Assembly: GCA_008632985.1 (NCBI GenBank)
Contig: QPGO01000040.1
Coordinates: 315,719-379,718, forward strand
Reading direction: 5' to 3'
Origin: Psammoneis japonica
Lineage: Eukaryota
Length of the DNA stretch: 64,000 nt
A program made the translations under genes and the position numbers. This document shows positions 25,900 to 38,271 of the stretch, one piece after another (position 1 is the first letter of the stretch; every line of letters begins with the position of its first letter). The notes under the pieces were generated by a model. That model was given only the letters and a program-made list of their open reading frames with translations. It ran no database searches and was not told the DNA's origin.

Positions 25900-27420
25900 G
25901 CAAGAACTCATCGTTTCAAACATTCGCTGGAATCAAGTCATCAAGAACTTCAAGATTCAGTGGAAGGCTCTCAAGGCTCACAAGGAAGATGATGAAAACG
26001 GGGTGCCCAAGATCTTGAAGGCACTGCCGGTCATGAAATGGACCGAGGCATTCAAGGACTTCTTGAGTCGAGCAATTGGGAGTCGCGCCATTCCCTCAGC
26101 TTGTGTCATTCGTGAGAGTGAAGACACACCTGTGCAGGCACCAACTCTGTTGGCAAACATGCCTCATTTGGAGAGACATGGTTCCATTGAGGCTGAGTTG
26201 ATGGCTTGAGCTTCCCATGCACATCCGTTTTGTCGAGATGACAACTCATCCGTGCGCCATTGCCTGGAGGAGGCAACTCTCGTGCGATGCATTGTGCAGC
26301 GTCAATTGGACCCTTCCAATGTGGGAATGATGGGTGTGGTGCATGGCTGGCACTGAGGGCCCACTTCAACACTGTTCTTCATGTGTTTGGGTGCTTGAAG
26401 AAGCACCACAATGCCGAGATGGTCTTTGACCCTGGCAACCCCATTGTGGAAGAGGCCCAATTTGAGTCGCACGATTGGACAACAAGTGAGTTTGGTCATG
26501 TTGAGGGTCAGGAAGCACTGCCTCCAAAAATGCCAGAACCTTGAGGACTTGGTTTTGTTGTGCATGCCAATGTCAAGGCAGACCACGCATCTGATGCGGT
26601 CGCCAGGCGACCCAGGACCGGTTTCCTTGTGCGTTTGAATTGTGCTCCTGTCCATTGGTGTGGCAAGAAGCAGATGAGTGTTGAATCATCGTCATTTGGT
26701 TCGGAGTTTGTTGTGATGAAGCAGTGCTGTGAGTGTCTCCATGCTGGGTTGAGACACAAGCTTCAGATGATGGGCACTCCTGTGGAAGGCCCTGCACACA
26801 TCCATGGAGACAACCAGTCTGTTCTGGTGAACACAACGATGCCAGAGTTGACCCTGAAGAAGAAGTTGCAGAGCATCACCATCATCTCGTGTGTGAGGGA
26901 TCTGCTGGGGATGAGTGGAAAACTGCGCATGTCAACACACACGACAATGGAGCCAATTTGTTGACTGAGACCCTCCCTTTTGGCAGCGAGAAGAGGAAGG
27001 GGTTTGTCAGACGACTCCTCCATTGCATCTTTTGCAATGGCGATTGAATTGTGACGGGGTGATTTTTGGGAGTGGAGTGGGCCCGATGCCGAACCACTCT
27101 GGCCCAATGTTGTTTTGCGTGACAGAGTGAGTGTTGTTGCTTTTTTGCAAATTTTGTTTTTCGCGGTGGACGTGGCCATGATGGTGAACCATCGGTGTTT
27201 GTTCGAGATGATTTTGTGAGGACAAGTCAGTCGTGGGTTTCACACCATGACTCAATTGAGAGGAGTGACAAAAATTGGTCATCACTGATGACATCAGCAG
27301 GATGTCTTCCAGGATTGATCCTGAACCTTTTGACAAAATGCTCACAAATTCAATGTGATGCAGAACATTTTGCAGACCATTGGTTTTGACACAATTGTTA
27401 GAATCCCTTTGTTTTTACAA
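25900..27420 (+). mobile_element. Internally deleted Ty1/Copia (CoDi-like) LTR retrotransposon: gag fragment joined to RNase H, PPT and start of LTR
   Basis: Gag-like KWTEAFKDFLSRAIGSRAIP..., DG.GAWLAL. RNase H ADHASDAVARRPRTGF...KKQMSVESSSFGSEF...GDNQSVL...NLLT. PPT GAGAGGAG (27,258-27,265) is followed by TGACA. The LTR end is uncertain. Confidence 0.88.
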
Positions 27421-27627
27421 CGTGATTTTAGCACCGGCACCAAGCAAGTCAGATGTGATTAGACTGAAGAGCAGGATTGCACCCTTGCATTCACTTTGGA
27501 TTGTTCAAGATGTGACTGTGGGCAAGCCTTGGCGCGTGTGGGCTCGTGTGGGACAGCATGTCCGCACACATGATGTGTCCCGCAATGTCCCGCAATGTCC
27601 GTGACGAGTGTCCACATCTGGCTGCTG

Positions 27628-30000
27628 CCGTCCCGTTGAAAAATTTTGTGAACTTTTTTTTTGCAAGTGCAAAATCTCAAGAATGAAAGACAAAATCAAA
27701 AATCGGCTTTCGTGTGACAAAAGCCGATTTTTGAGTTTTGTCATGGTGAGACCCCCAGAGCCCGTGCAAATTAGTGACAACCTTTTGTCCTCAAGCATTT
27801 GTGTGGCATGCAAGCCTGTGTGAATGTTGCAAACTCCAAGAGTGAAATGATGTCGTTAAATGCATCTTTTCATGCCGTGACACACACACGCTTGCCAGAA
27901 AATAAAAAATCTGTCGCCGAACAACAAGCGACAGTTGTTGTCACTTGTGAAATCCCAACACTTTGAGAGAAGGTCAAAGCGTCCCAGAGATGTCCATTCA
28001 ACATGAGACACAATTCGTCTTGAAGAGCTCTTTACGAGCTTTCTCCTGACATGTGCATGACCAAAGGTCATGCATTTTTCGTCTGCCCGTGTGTCTTTGC
28101 TTTTACCCCCACAGCGTGAAATTCTCAATCCGTGGCCATCGGAGTTGCACAAATGCGCATCATCAACAATGACCCACTCACTGTCATCACCGTTTGTGTG
28201 GCATGGCACTTTCATTGACAGGGTCGCCTCATGCATTGTCTGGCACACCTCGTGCCATGCTGGTTGATTGCTGAGGTTGTTTGTGCAGCATTGCCGGTCG
28301 CCGTTTGCACAAGCGCCGATGATCAGGGGTTTCATTTTTGTGTGGAATTTGCATGGGTTTCTACAGGGCGTCATTTTTTGCATCAAGAGTGCGCCTTGGA
28401 TTTGAGCACCAAGTTTGTCATGGATGATTCAGATTGTTGTAATGTGATGTCTAACTGACAATTCGCGTTGATTCATGCCTTGGTTTTGCATCACATCGAA
28501 CTGTGTGGGCAATGCGAGCGGCATTTGTTGCCATGGCCATGTCATTTTTCGCGTCGAAATTTGGGTGAGGCTCATTTTCATTCTTACACAAGATTGTCAG
28601 ATCCAATTTGTTTGTTTGTTTGTGCAATTGTTAGAGCACACATGTGTGCTTGCATCACATCCGTTAAATCCCATGCGCAACATTCGGCTCTGCAGTGCCA
28701 TCATTCTCGTGGGGGGTCTGGGGGGCCAGGCACAAGTTTTCCATTGTGATTCCTGATGCTTTAGAAACTTCTCGTGTGTGCGTTCCTGGGGGGCTGCAAA
28801 CTTTCTCGCGGGGTTGCAGCTACTTTCTCGCGGGATGCACATGTGTGCTTGCATCACATCCGTTGAATCCCATGTGCAACATTCAGCTCTGTGCAGCAGT
28901 GCCATCATTCTTGCGGGTGGTCCTGGGGGGCTACAAGTTTTCCATTGTGATTCCTGATGCTCTAGAACCTTCTCGCGATTGCATTCCTGGGGGGCTGCAA
29001 ACTTTCTCGCATGGGTTCCTCGGGAGAGCAACCTCGTCTGCCCTTTGTTTCAGGACTTTCCCAAAAGTGGTGGGCTCTAGATTGCAAAGCAAAGAATGCT
29101 TCTCACCCTGCTTTGACCACTCTGTGTGACATTCAACATTGGCACCCGCTTGAGCCACCCTGCACAGTGTGATGCAGCAGACACTTGAGCCGCCACTTTT
29201 GACACGACATCAACTGCATCCGCCCCACATGACATGGCATCAACTTGAGCCACCCCAGCATTTTCCTGAGGAAATGTGGACAAAGAACAAACCAAAACAA
29301 GAAGTTGAGAAAACAAAACAACACATTTAATCAACAGAGTCTGTCACCTTCGCAAATGCCGTGGTGTGATGCACTCTCACTGAGAATGTGACAATGAAGA
29401 AACACACCTCGGGTCCAGGCAATCTTTTCATTTGTTTTCATTGTGAGTCAGTTTTTGGTTTGACAACAGCAGGTCCAATGGCATCAACACAAAATCGAGA
29501 ATGCTCATTTTTAGCGGAGATGGCCGTGGTCGCTGATTTTTCCTGCACTGATGTTTCTCTCTTGTGTGTTTGTGTGATTTCAGAAACAGCTGTTTCTGTC
29601 ACATTTTGGCCACGTGGAGGCAAAAGCAAGACAGACACAGATCATCAAGTTTCACTCCACACAGTTCCTGGCATGAAAATTTGTGCAGGGGATGGATCGA
29701 GTTGCTCGGTGTGCACGTGCCTGACCACCCCTGCGGATGAAATGCAAAAAATGACAACACAAAAAGCCCAACATCGATTCAATGGACTGTGACAAAAGAA
29801 CAGCTAGAGTTTTCGTTGCTCAACATGCAAGAATGCCAAATCACGATAAAAAGAATTCACACACAGGTTCTTCACACCCGAGGCTCATCAAACACTTGTG
29901 CACCGCACACTCGGTTATGCACTTCCGCAGGAGATTCCACAGGTTGTGGGGTCTGTGAGGACATCCTGAAAAAAGTTCGCAAAATTTCTCACCGGGACGG
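27628..30000. mobile_element. ~2.4 kb non-autonomous TIR DNA transposon (Tc1/mariner-pogo-like by inferred TA target site)
   Basis: Left TIR ccgtcccgttgaaaaattttgtgaacttttt; right TIR reverse complement ccgtcccggtgagaaattttgcgaactttttt. Flanks are TG (27,626-27) and CA (30,001-02), both one TpA-type change from TA. Confidence 0.7.
28636..29018 (+). repeat. Tandem duplication, two ~180 bp units with a ~200 bp period, inside the TIR element
   Basis: gcacatgtgtgcttgcatcacatccgtt(a/g)aatcccatg...ggggggctgcaaactttctcgc occurs at ~28,636 and ~28,837. Confidence 0.9.
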
Positions 30001-31878
30001 CAGAGGGCATGCCACCGTGGTGCAAAAACCCAGCACATGCACCACCTCACGCACTGTAGAAACCTGCTGCACAAATCCATCATCGTCGCTTCTGCTGTCG
30101 GTCCGGGTGTTCGCAATGAACACAACTTTATGTGTTGACCAGGTTGAAGGTGCTGGAGAGGTTGCGGGGTGTTTGGTTGTTTCCAGAACGCCGTGCTGGC
30201 AGAGAAGCGGTCCGAAATTTGCGACAGTGATTCCGAGACGATTTTCGACGTGTCAGTCGAAGCATCGAGCGATTTGGCAAACAAAAGAAGACAATTTTTT
30301 GCCATCTTGATCGGCTGCGCGAGAAGCGACGTGTCCGACGAGGACGTGAGGGAGTCACTGCGACCGAATCTCGAATCGAAATTGGAGAGAATGGAGTGCA
30401 CAGAGGGCATGCTGGATGTCTTCTTGGAACGCCTGCACTGTGTCAGGGGGGAGGGAGCAACGAAGATGGCATGAAGAAACTTGTCGACCAGCGCTTCGGT
30501 CTTGGCGCCGACGCCACTGCATTGGGCACCAAAGGAACTCCACGCTTGGTGAGAAACCAATGCTTGTTGCCGCCGTAATTGCTGTCATGGAGGAGAAACA
30601 AGAAATGTTTTTATTGTCATCATTTGGAGGCACATCAGTTGAAAGCATCCTCAACTTCGCTTTCTCAAACTGCAGAACAACACAAGAGCTGGCTCTCATG
30701 TGTTTGTTGGAAAAGGCTGGGCTGACCGCAATGCAATTTTGTCAAATGTCCCTCAAGCTCTCTGCGATGACAGGCCTAAGATGCACGAGACTTGAAAGAG
30801 GGCAGGCGGCGTTGCTGACGACACGGTGTCGCAAGACACGGGGTTTGTCGAATTTGATTTCGATGATGAAGACAGCGACGGTGAATGGTGGGGCAGTGTT
30901 GGTGCTTTGTGACATTTGTGCTTCATTGGATCGTTTGAGAGAGATTCAGTTGTGCAGGGGTGTGTTTTCGCGGAAGTTTGCTGGGTTGTGCGGTGAGGCG
31001 ACTGTGAATTCGGCGGCTGGTGACATGCAACTAAAAAGGAGATGATGTTGTGACAGATCTTTCTTTCATCATGGCCAGAGGATTGCCAGAGCAATGACAG
31101 CACAGGCTTTTCCGCATTTCTTTTTGTTTGATCGCTCTTTGGTGCAAAAATGCAGGCATCGCGTCTTCGGAGCACAGCAAGCAGGAATTCACGCAATCTT
31201 GTGTTCTGAGGCCTGATGCAGCCCGGCAACAACACAGGTGAGGAACTCGCTCCCAGCGATGAAAGAGGCAAGAAGCAAAACCATGACAATTTGATCTGTC
31301 ATTCCACCAGCACGTCTCTGCCTGCTGCAGCATTTGCTCTTTGCCGTTGGACGGAGATTTGTTGTCTTTGACAACAGCGAGGGACTTGGAGGTCCCTGTT
31401 CAAAAGGTCGTGGTGACACTGGCTTCAAGGATGATTTCACATGAAGGCAGGCAGGTTGGAGAGGTGCCCTCACTGCCAAATCAACTTTTTAGTGTGATGC
31501 TGAGGACCTTCTCACTCTCGATCCACCTTTTTGCTGATCATGAATGACTCATCATGGAACGCTTTTAAAAAGCAGAGTGGATCATTTCAAGTGTCGCGCC
31601 TGTTGAACAAGCCAAACTGTGGCACTTTGACTGAAGTCAAGCAACTGCATGATGTGGAAGCATTTTTGTCAATGATGTCCTCTCGCCACTAGCTGGGTAA
31701 CAGTCACTCGGGGTCGAGTGTGAAATCGGGCGCGCGTGGGTTCGATGTGCGAGTGAGTGCTTGGGGTTCACGCGCGGCCCACTCCCTGCAGGCAAAGCCA
31801 CACACACATGCACACATGTTGACAATTTAAATTTTTATTTTCAAAATCTGCAGTGGGATCTGCCGGCACGTGAAAACG

Positions 31879-32073
31879 CACTCGAAACGTGTCCACCGAG
31901 CCGGCAGTCATGTGCCGGCCGTCGTGAAAGCATTCCATGTCTGAGAAAGAGTTCGTCAGGGCCGGCGAACAGCACCCCTCCACGATGCGATTGGCACAAA
32001 ATCTACGTAAATGCACAGAAACCAGCGTGTGGCTTCTGTGCAAATTAGAGCTCGTGAAAAATGAGCAGGGACA
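31879..32073 (+). repeat. Dispersed ~190 bp repeat, copy 1 (second copy at 58,320-58,514); probably a transposon terminus
   Basis: Shared gtccacc.agccggcagtc...gagaaagagttcgtcagggccggcgaaca...gagctcgtgaaaaatgagcagggaca. Homology ends at the same base in both copies. Confidence 0.9.
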
Positions 32074-32794
32074 TTTCATTTGTGCATAAAATGTAAAGTG
32101 CAATGATGCAAACAAACATGTGTGTAACAAACGCGGGAAAAAACACGACTCCTCGCGACATCACAACCCCGGTGACGCATCAGACGACGACACCCAGAAA
32201 GCTAAAGAACATGACAACAACAACTCTCTCCAACACACCAATCACATCTGAGGAGGAAATGAGTTCTTTCCTGCATTGTTAAAATGCAGGTTTTCCACAT
32301 TTAATGTGGCAATCCCACTTTTGCAATGTGCAACCCATGTCATTGGCGAGCAACAACAAATTGAGAGTTCTGTGATTAAATTTAAATTTTGGCTGTCAAC
32401 TCACCAAAACAGGCCCCACGTGCTTAATTTGGACTGTCAAATCCTGGCAGTCATGCCACTGTCGCATGACATGCACGACATTGTCTGAGATGCGGTCCCC
32501 GTCATTGAGAACCATGAGCAGACAATTTGGCTCTGTGACCCTGAGCCTTGGCAATTCACTCACTGATCTTTTAGTGCTGCATTTGCAATGACTTTTGTTT
32601 GCTCGTTGAAGGTTGGTTGTTGCTTTGTTTGCCCTTTGCTCAAGGGTGTCATTTGTGTCCTTTTAAGAGCACGCTTCGCATGCCAGAATGACTTTTGTTT
32701 GTGAGGTTGGCAGCCCTTTCACCTTTTAGTTCCCACACCAAAATTTGATCAAATCATCAACTGTGTCTGCGCTGTGGTCTTTGACACAATGATG

Positions 32795-33623
32795 GCCATT
32801 GTCAGCAGAATGGAGGCAGCTGTGCATGTGTTGGACAGGCCACAAGTGACTTGAAAAAGAACCAGCACCAGCCAAACCCAGCTTGACTCTTGTGTCTGAC
32901 ACCTGCAGCAACCTTTCCAAGACTTGCACTTCCTTGGAGTTTCATGACTTGCAAAAGTGGCAAGTTGGACTCTAGACTGTCAAATGTTGCACCCACACCA
33001 ACCAAGCCCATTGCCAACCCTGCTGCCATCTTCATTGTCAAAGGAGCTGGCAACGTGGGATTTTGTGATGCACAAGGGACAAGGGAGATTCTGTTGTTGT
33101 GTTGCTGGCAGATTGCAAGACAAGAACAATTGCAACAGAAACTCCAGCTGCCAAAGCACAACTCCAAAAACAATCAAAACACAGAGATTTCTTGTCTGTC
33201 CTCTGTCAACTGCATCCTTTGCAACCTCAGTTTCTGTGATGAGAGACACTTGCTGAAGGCCAGCGCTCCATTTTTGCAGATGCTCATTCTTGTCCTCAAC
33301 TGGCTGGGCAAGCTGTGCTTCCACAAGAGTGGAGCTGGCATCCTTCTGCAGTGCCAGCCCCAACTTGGATGACTGAACAGTCTTGAATTCATGCATGACT
33401 GTGCAGAGGTGTCATCACCTCAGCCATGTAGAATGGGCCTCCTGCATCTGATGGCAGCAAAAGCACTGACATGTTTGGTGCTTTGGAAGCCTTCATGTGC
33501 ATTCACAACATGCCTTCCACCAAACTGTTCTTTGTCAAGCAAAGTGTTGCAGGCATTTGCAGGTGGGGGGGATGTCACAGATCTGCCCCCCCCAATGCCG
33601 AAATGCTTGCAAGTGTGTCATTG
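32795..33623 (-). pseudogene. FG-GAP membrane-protein pseudogene, piece 2 (middle), paralog of 46,400-47,255
   Basis: e.g. tgtgcatgtgttggacaggccacaagtgacttg / tgtatgtgatggactggctataagtgacttg; KMAAGLAMGLVGV vs KMATGLVMGLVGV; STLVEAQLAQPVED vs SILVEAQLAQPVED. Confidence 0.9.
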
Positions 33624-34199
33624 CATCAGAGGGCTCGACATTTTAATGTCTGTGTGTTTGGCCCTCCATCTGTGTCTGCATTTTAAAAAGTCTTTGCTCT
33701 GTGTGACAGTTTCTGCTTTTTGTGTGACAAACAAAAAACTCCCAATCTTCACATCTGAAAGCTCTCATCTTCTGCTTTTTCACATCTCTGCCATTGTCAC
33801 AAGGACATGCAGCAGTTGACAATTTGCTGATTGTTGCGTTTGCACTTTCTGCCATTGTCATCATGTAAAGCATGTAAAGCATGCACTGCATGTTTGTCCG
33901 ATCAATCTGATTTTTCCTCTCCCTTCTTCCCCGTGTCTCTTTCATTTCATGCAACATGCCTCGCCTCTCCAAGTCCTGCATGGCCACCACTGCCAGGTCA
34001 CTTTTGTCATCGTCTCCAAACAGAAAAGCCAATGCATGACCTCTTGGTTCTTGGCGGACACCCGTCATTGGCAGAATCTCCCAAACATCACCCTCCCAAA
34101 CCTGTGGCATGTTGTTGTCTCCATGTCTTGGCAACGTCTTCTTTTTCATTGCATTTTTCTCCTTTCTGGGCCCTTTTGCCTTTGTCTTTTCTCCTTTCC

Positions 34200-37100
34200 C
34201 AACCCTTTTTCCTTTGTCGTTGTCTTTGCGACCACTGTCTCAAATTGAAGAGTTTTGAAGCAAAGGTTCTACGATGCACGCAACATCTTCCCACTGGTTT
34301 CTTGATTCTCCGTGACAACATTTCACTGTGCGCCCCAGAAAAAAATCATGATTGCGACCACTGGCTTCACACATTGTTTGGGACCTGCAACAAGGCTTCT
34401 GTTTGCATCAACTTTTTGGAGAATTTTCTTGCGCTTGGTCACCACGAGACAGCCAAGGACGAAGACCCTGTCTCGTTCCCTGTTTGTGTCAAGACGCTCT
34501 TCTGCACTCATGACACCTCCTGGGAAGAGCCTCTCAGGATGGCAATGATGGACATCAAACGTGAACAAATGTGTGCTCGTCATGTCAATGCTCAGCTCTT
34601 GAAGTGTGTGAAAAACAACAATGTTGTTTCCACTGCCAACGATTCTGGCAAAAGCAAATGTGGACGTGATCATTTTGAATCAATGCAAGTCAGTGCAATC
34701 CTGAAAAGGTTGGCAATGCAGTTCCCTTTGCAATGAAAAACGCCAAGAAACAAAAATTTCAGAAAGGCAAGATTGCAACACAACGCCGTGACTCCTTTGG
34801 TTTCTCATTGTTCTTTTTACCTTGTCCCTGTTCCTCTGCTTCTCCTCCTCCTCAGACTCCCTTTGCTCCACTGGCACCAGTCTCAGTGTGCCAAATGATG
34901 GCGCAACTTTTGACACATCTCCAGGTGAAATGCAGTCACTCCAAGACATTCCAACTCTAGAGGAACAAATCACTGATTCTCGCAAATTGTGGCCATCGCT
35001 CAGTGCGATTGCTTCCTTGCCTCCTCCCTTGCCTGAAAATTTCACAAAGGAGGAGCTTGAAGATGTTTTTTCCGGAGCCCTGCCTCTCCACTTGCAATTC
35101 CTGGCGACATGCAGAAACAGCATTCTCACCTTGTTGCATTTGAGGAAACTCCCATTTCTGGTGGCTTTCAAGGGGAATTGTGTGCAGCACCAGCTGTTTC
35201 ACAGCAGCTCTGGTTTTTGCTTGGCAAACGACATTTGGAAGTTTCTGCATGGTTTTGAAAATGGCCAGGCTCCCAAGAATCCAATGACCGAATCTGTGGT
35301 TGCAATTGCCCACCCTGCCCAGTCATCCTCTCATGTTTCAGAGGTGATCACTTGTCTTTGTTGCACAGACAAGATGTCTCAGAAATGCTTCTTTGGATTG
35401 AGATTCAGTGTTGCGTCAATCCTCTGCACCGTTTTGGAACACGGAGAGGCAAACAAGAAATGTGATGGAGCAGAATGCCAGCTGTGCTGTTGGATCCGGT
35501 TTGGTTGTTGCGGCCAGAACTGCAACATTGCTGACAGTGACTCAGCACTTGCAGGGCTGATGCACAAGCCTGGTGCAATCTGCTGAAAGGATGATTGGTC
35601 CAAGCTTCCAAAAAATGTTCAGTTGATGATGGCTTCAATGTTGGATGCCATGCAACTCTGTGATGATGAAATCCATGCGGCTGCTTTGAGGCAAATGCGC
35701 TCCTTCAACGACCCTGCACCAGACAGTCTTTTTGCAGCTTCACTTCAAGAAATGATTGGAGCAGAGCACTTGCAATGTGAGAACATTGAAATGCAAGCAA
35801 AGTGCACATCATTCTCTGCCCCAAGAGTTGAGACACGGAAAACCAAGCTCCACAGGGACAAGGAAGGTTGTGACAAGGAGGGACACACCAAGACAAGTGC
35901 TGGTCCCTCAAGCTTGTCGCTGCTGGATGAGCAAAAGCCAGCATTTGTGTTGAATCCTTGCATGGTTGCGCCAACTTTCGATCATGCCTCAAATGTCATT
36001 TTGCAAAACTTGATCTTTCCCATGCCGCAGAAAAGTTGCAACGCTGTGGCCCTTGTCGTCCTCCCTCTGGCAAGCCAAGTCACTTGAACATTGAAGATTT
36101 TTTCCTTGACCAACATTGTTCCTGGGTCAACAAGGACATTGGAAAAAACAACGAGCCATCAGAGAAGGGAAAGCATCCAGCTGTTGTTGTTCCAAGGATC
36201 CATCGTCCATTTGCAGTTGTGCGTGATTTAAATTTTCACTTGGTGCAACAGCGCCAATCAAAAATGTCCATGTTGTCGGTGTTTTGCAACTGCATTTGTC
36301 ACTCTGTGGTTGGTGGTTGGCAGACTGGATTCTCCTGTTTTTGCTGCTTGTGGTGCAACACCGATGGACAAACCCACCCTTTTGAGGCTGGTGATTGGGT
36401 CCTTCATTGTTTCCAAGAAGCTGCAAGGACATTCAGCAGCATTGTGGGTGACCGCAACAACCAACGTTGGCAGACACCAGGTCTGCACTTTGAAGATGTG
36501 TTTGTGTCAGAGTGTGGCACAAAACTGAATGGCTTGATGGACTTGATTGTCGCTGGTGCAGTTGACGCAATTGACTGGATCAACAAAAATGTTGGAAAGT
36601 CATCTTTTCATCATGAGGCAATTGAGGACAAGTTCAAAAGCATGGCTTCAACATGGGAAAGCAAAGGCGCAGACTGTGGAGAGTTCCGGCTCATGACCGC
36701 CATTCAGCTGTTGTCGCTGTGCTGTGTTGGAATCAAGCCTCACCCTGACTTGCGCAATCTGGTGTGTCCCGCAGCAAAGTTGGGGGGTGCAAAGCAGATG
36801 GATGAAATGAAGGCCCCCAATGATCAGCGGGGCACACTTTTGGGATGGATGTTGGCCAATTTCGATGTTGCCCACTTTTGCAAGAATGGTCCAGAGTGTT
36901 TGCTCTGCAAGCTTGGCACAGCTCAGGAGAAAATGGGTGTCTGCAATGTCTTTTGTTGTGGGCAGCATCTTTTTCTGTTGTTCTCTGATGGTCAATCAAT
37001 GATCAAGAAATTTGGAACATGCACTTGGGAGCCTGTGTTGTTTGTCTCCATTGACAAAGTCCAAGTTGAACTCCAACGGCAAGACGATGAAGAGAATCCA

Positions 37101-37300
37101 CAGCTGTTGTTTTGCCTCGCGTTGACCGTCATTGTCCCAACATGTTTTTTCAATCGATTGCAACCAAAACAGGAAGGCAGCTGCTGTGGACATGTTGTGG
37201 TTGGCTTCCAACTGGATTGGAAACTCTTTGGAAGCATCTGTCAACTCGTTGATGGACAGTGATGGAGATGGTGATGCGGTGGCTTTTAGCAACAATGATG
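34200..37300 (+). pseudogene. Large degenerate accessory ORF(s) of the 9.1 kb element, function unknown
   Basis: Collinear long ORF fragments 34822-35586, 35623-36087 and 35958-37262, all Tyr-free. Confidence 0.4.
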
Positions 37301-38271
37301 CCACTGATGTTCAAATGAAGCCAGCACCAACAAAAAGTGCTGTTGTTGCAAATCAGTGACTTGTTTGGAGGGTGACCAAGTCATGAAGCAAGTTGCCATC
37401 TTGTGCGTCATGCGACATCCATGCCAGACTGACCGCACCTTTCTGACCACACCTTTCTGCTCCAACATAAATCTAGATGCCCAAACAATGTGCTTTGGTT
37501 GGCAACAACACGTCCGGTCAATGCAAGGAATCTGTCATGTGCTGAACTGTGCTCAGCCAAGGGGGTGGCATTGGTTTCCTCTGATCAACACCAAAGAGAC
37601 AAGGCGTGCGCAATGGCATTTGAGGAATTCAGTGCGATGTTGACAGTCGCATTTACACTGTTTCAATCCAAGATGGTCACAAAGACCTTCATCACAACTG
37701 CAGCGCATGTTCTCGTGATTTTGTGCATCAAGTCAAGGATCACTTTAGCATGGTGGTCGATTTCGAGCATCGCAGTTTCAATCAAATCATGTTGGACTGC
37801 TGCTGGATGCCAGATGGAGAGTGGTGTGATGCTCATTTTGGAAGCAGTCAGTTCTTCTGAAATCTCATTGAACTGCAAAGCACACTCTCTGAGAAGGTGG
37901 GGGACGCGTTGACAGTGATTCCTTTTACTCAGGCCATGTTGAGCCAACTGCAAAGACACTGGATGGAACTGCATGCTGCGTTCCAACTTTGCACCATGGA
38001 TGCCGATCAGGCAAAACAAAGTTTGAGTCTTTTCCAAGCAAGTGACCTTGTTGGCTGCAACAAACAGGAACTGTGGTTGGGGAAACCGTCGGATCAGGAA
38101 GATGCACACCTGGGATTGTCCGAGCAACATCTCCTCACGTGCACACCAGAAGTGAGCCGCACTTGATGACATGGAATGTGTCAAGTTCCTGGCATTTGGA
38201 AGGAAATTGTAGACGACAATCGTTGATGCCTTCAATGTGCACAAGTCTCACGAACAATGGTGTTGGTTGCG

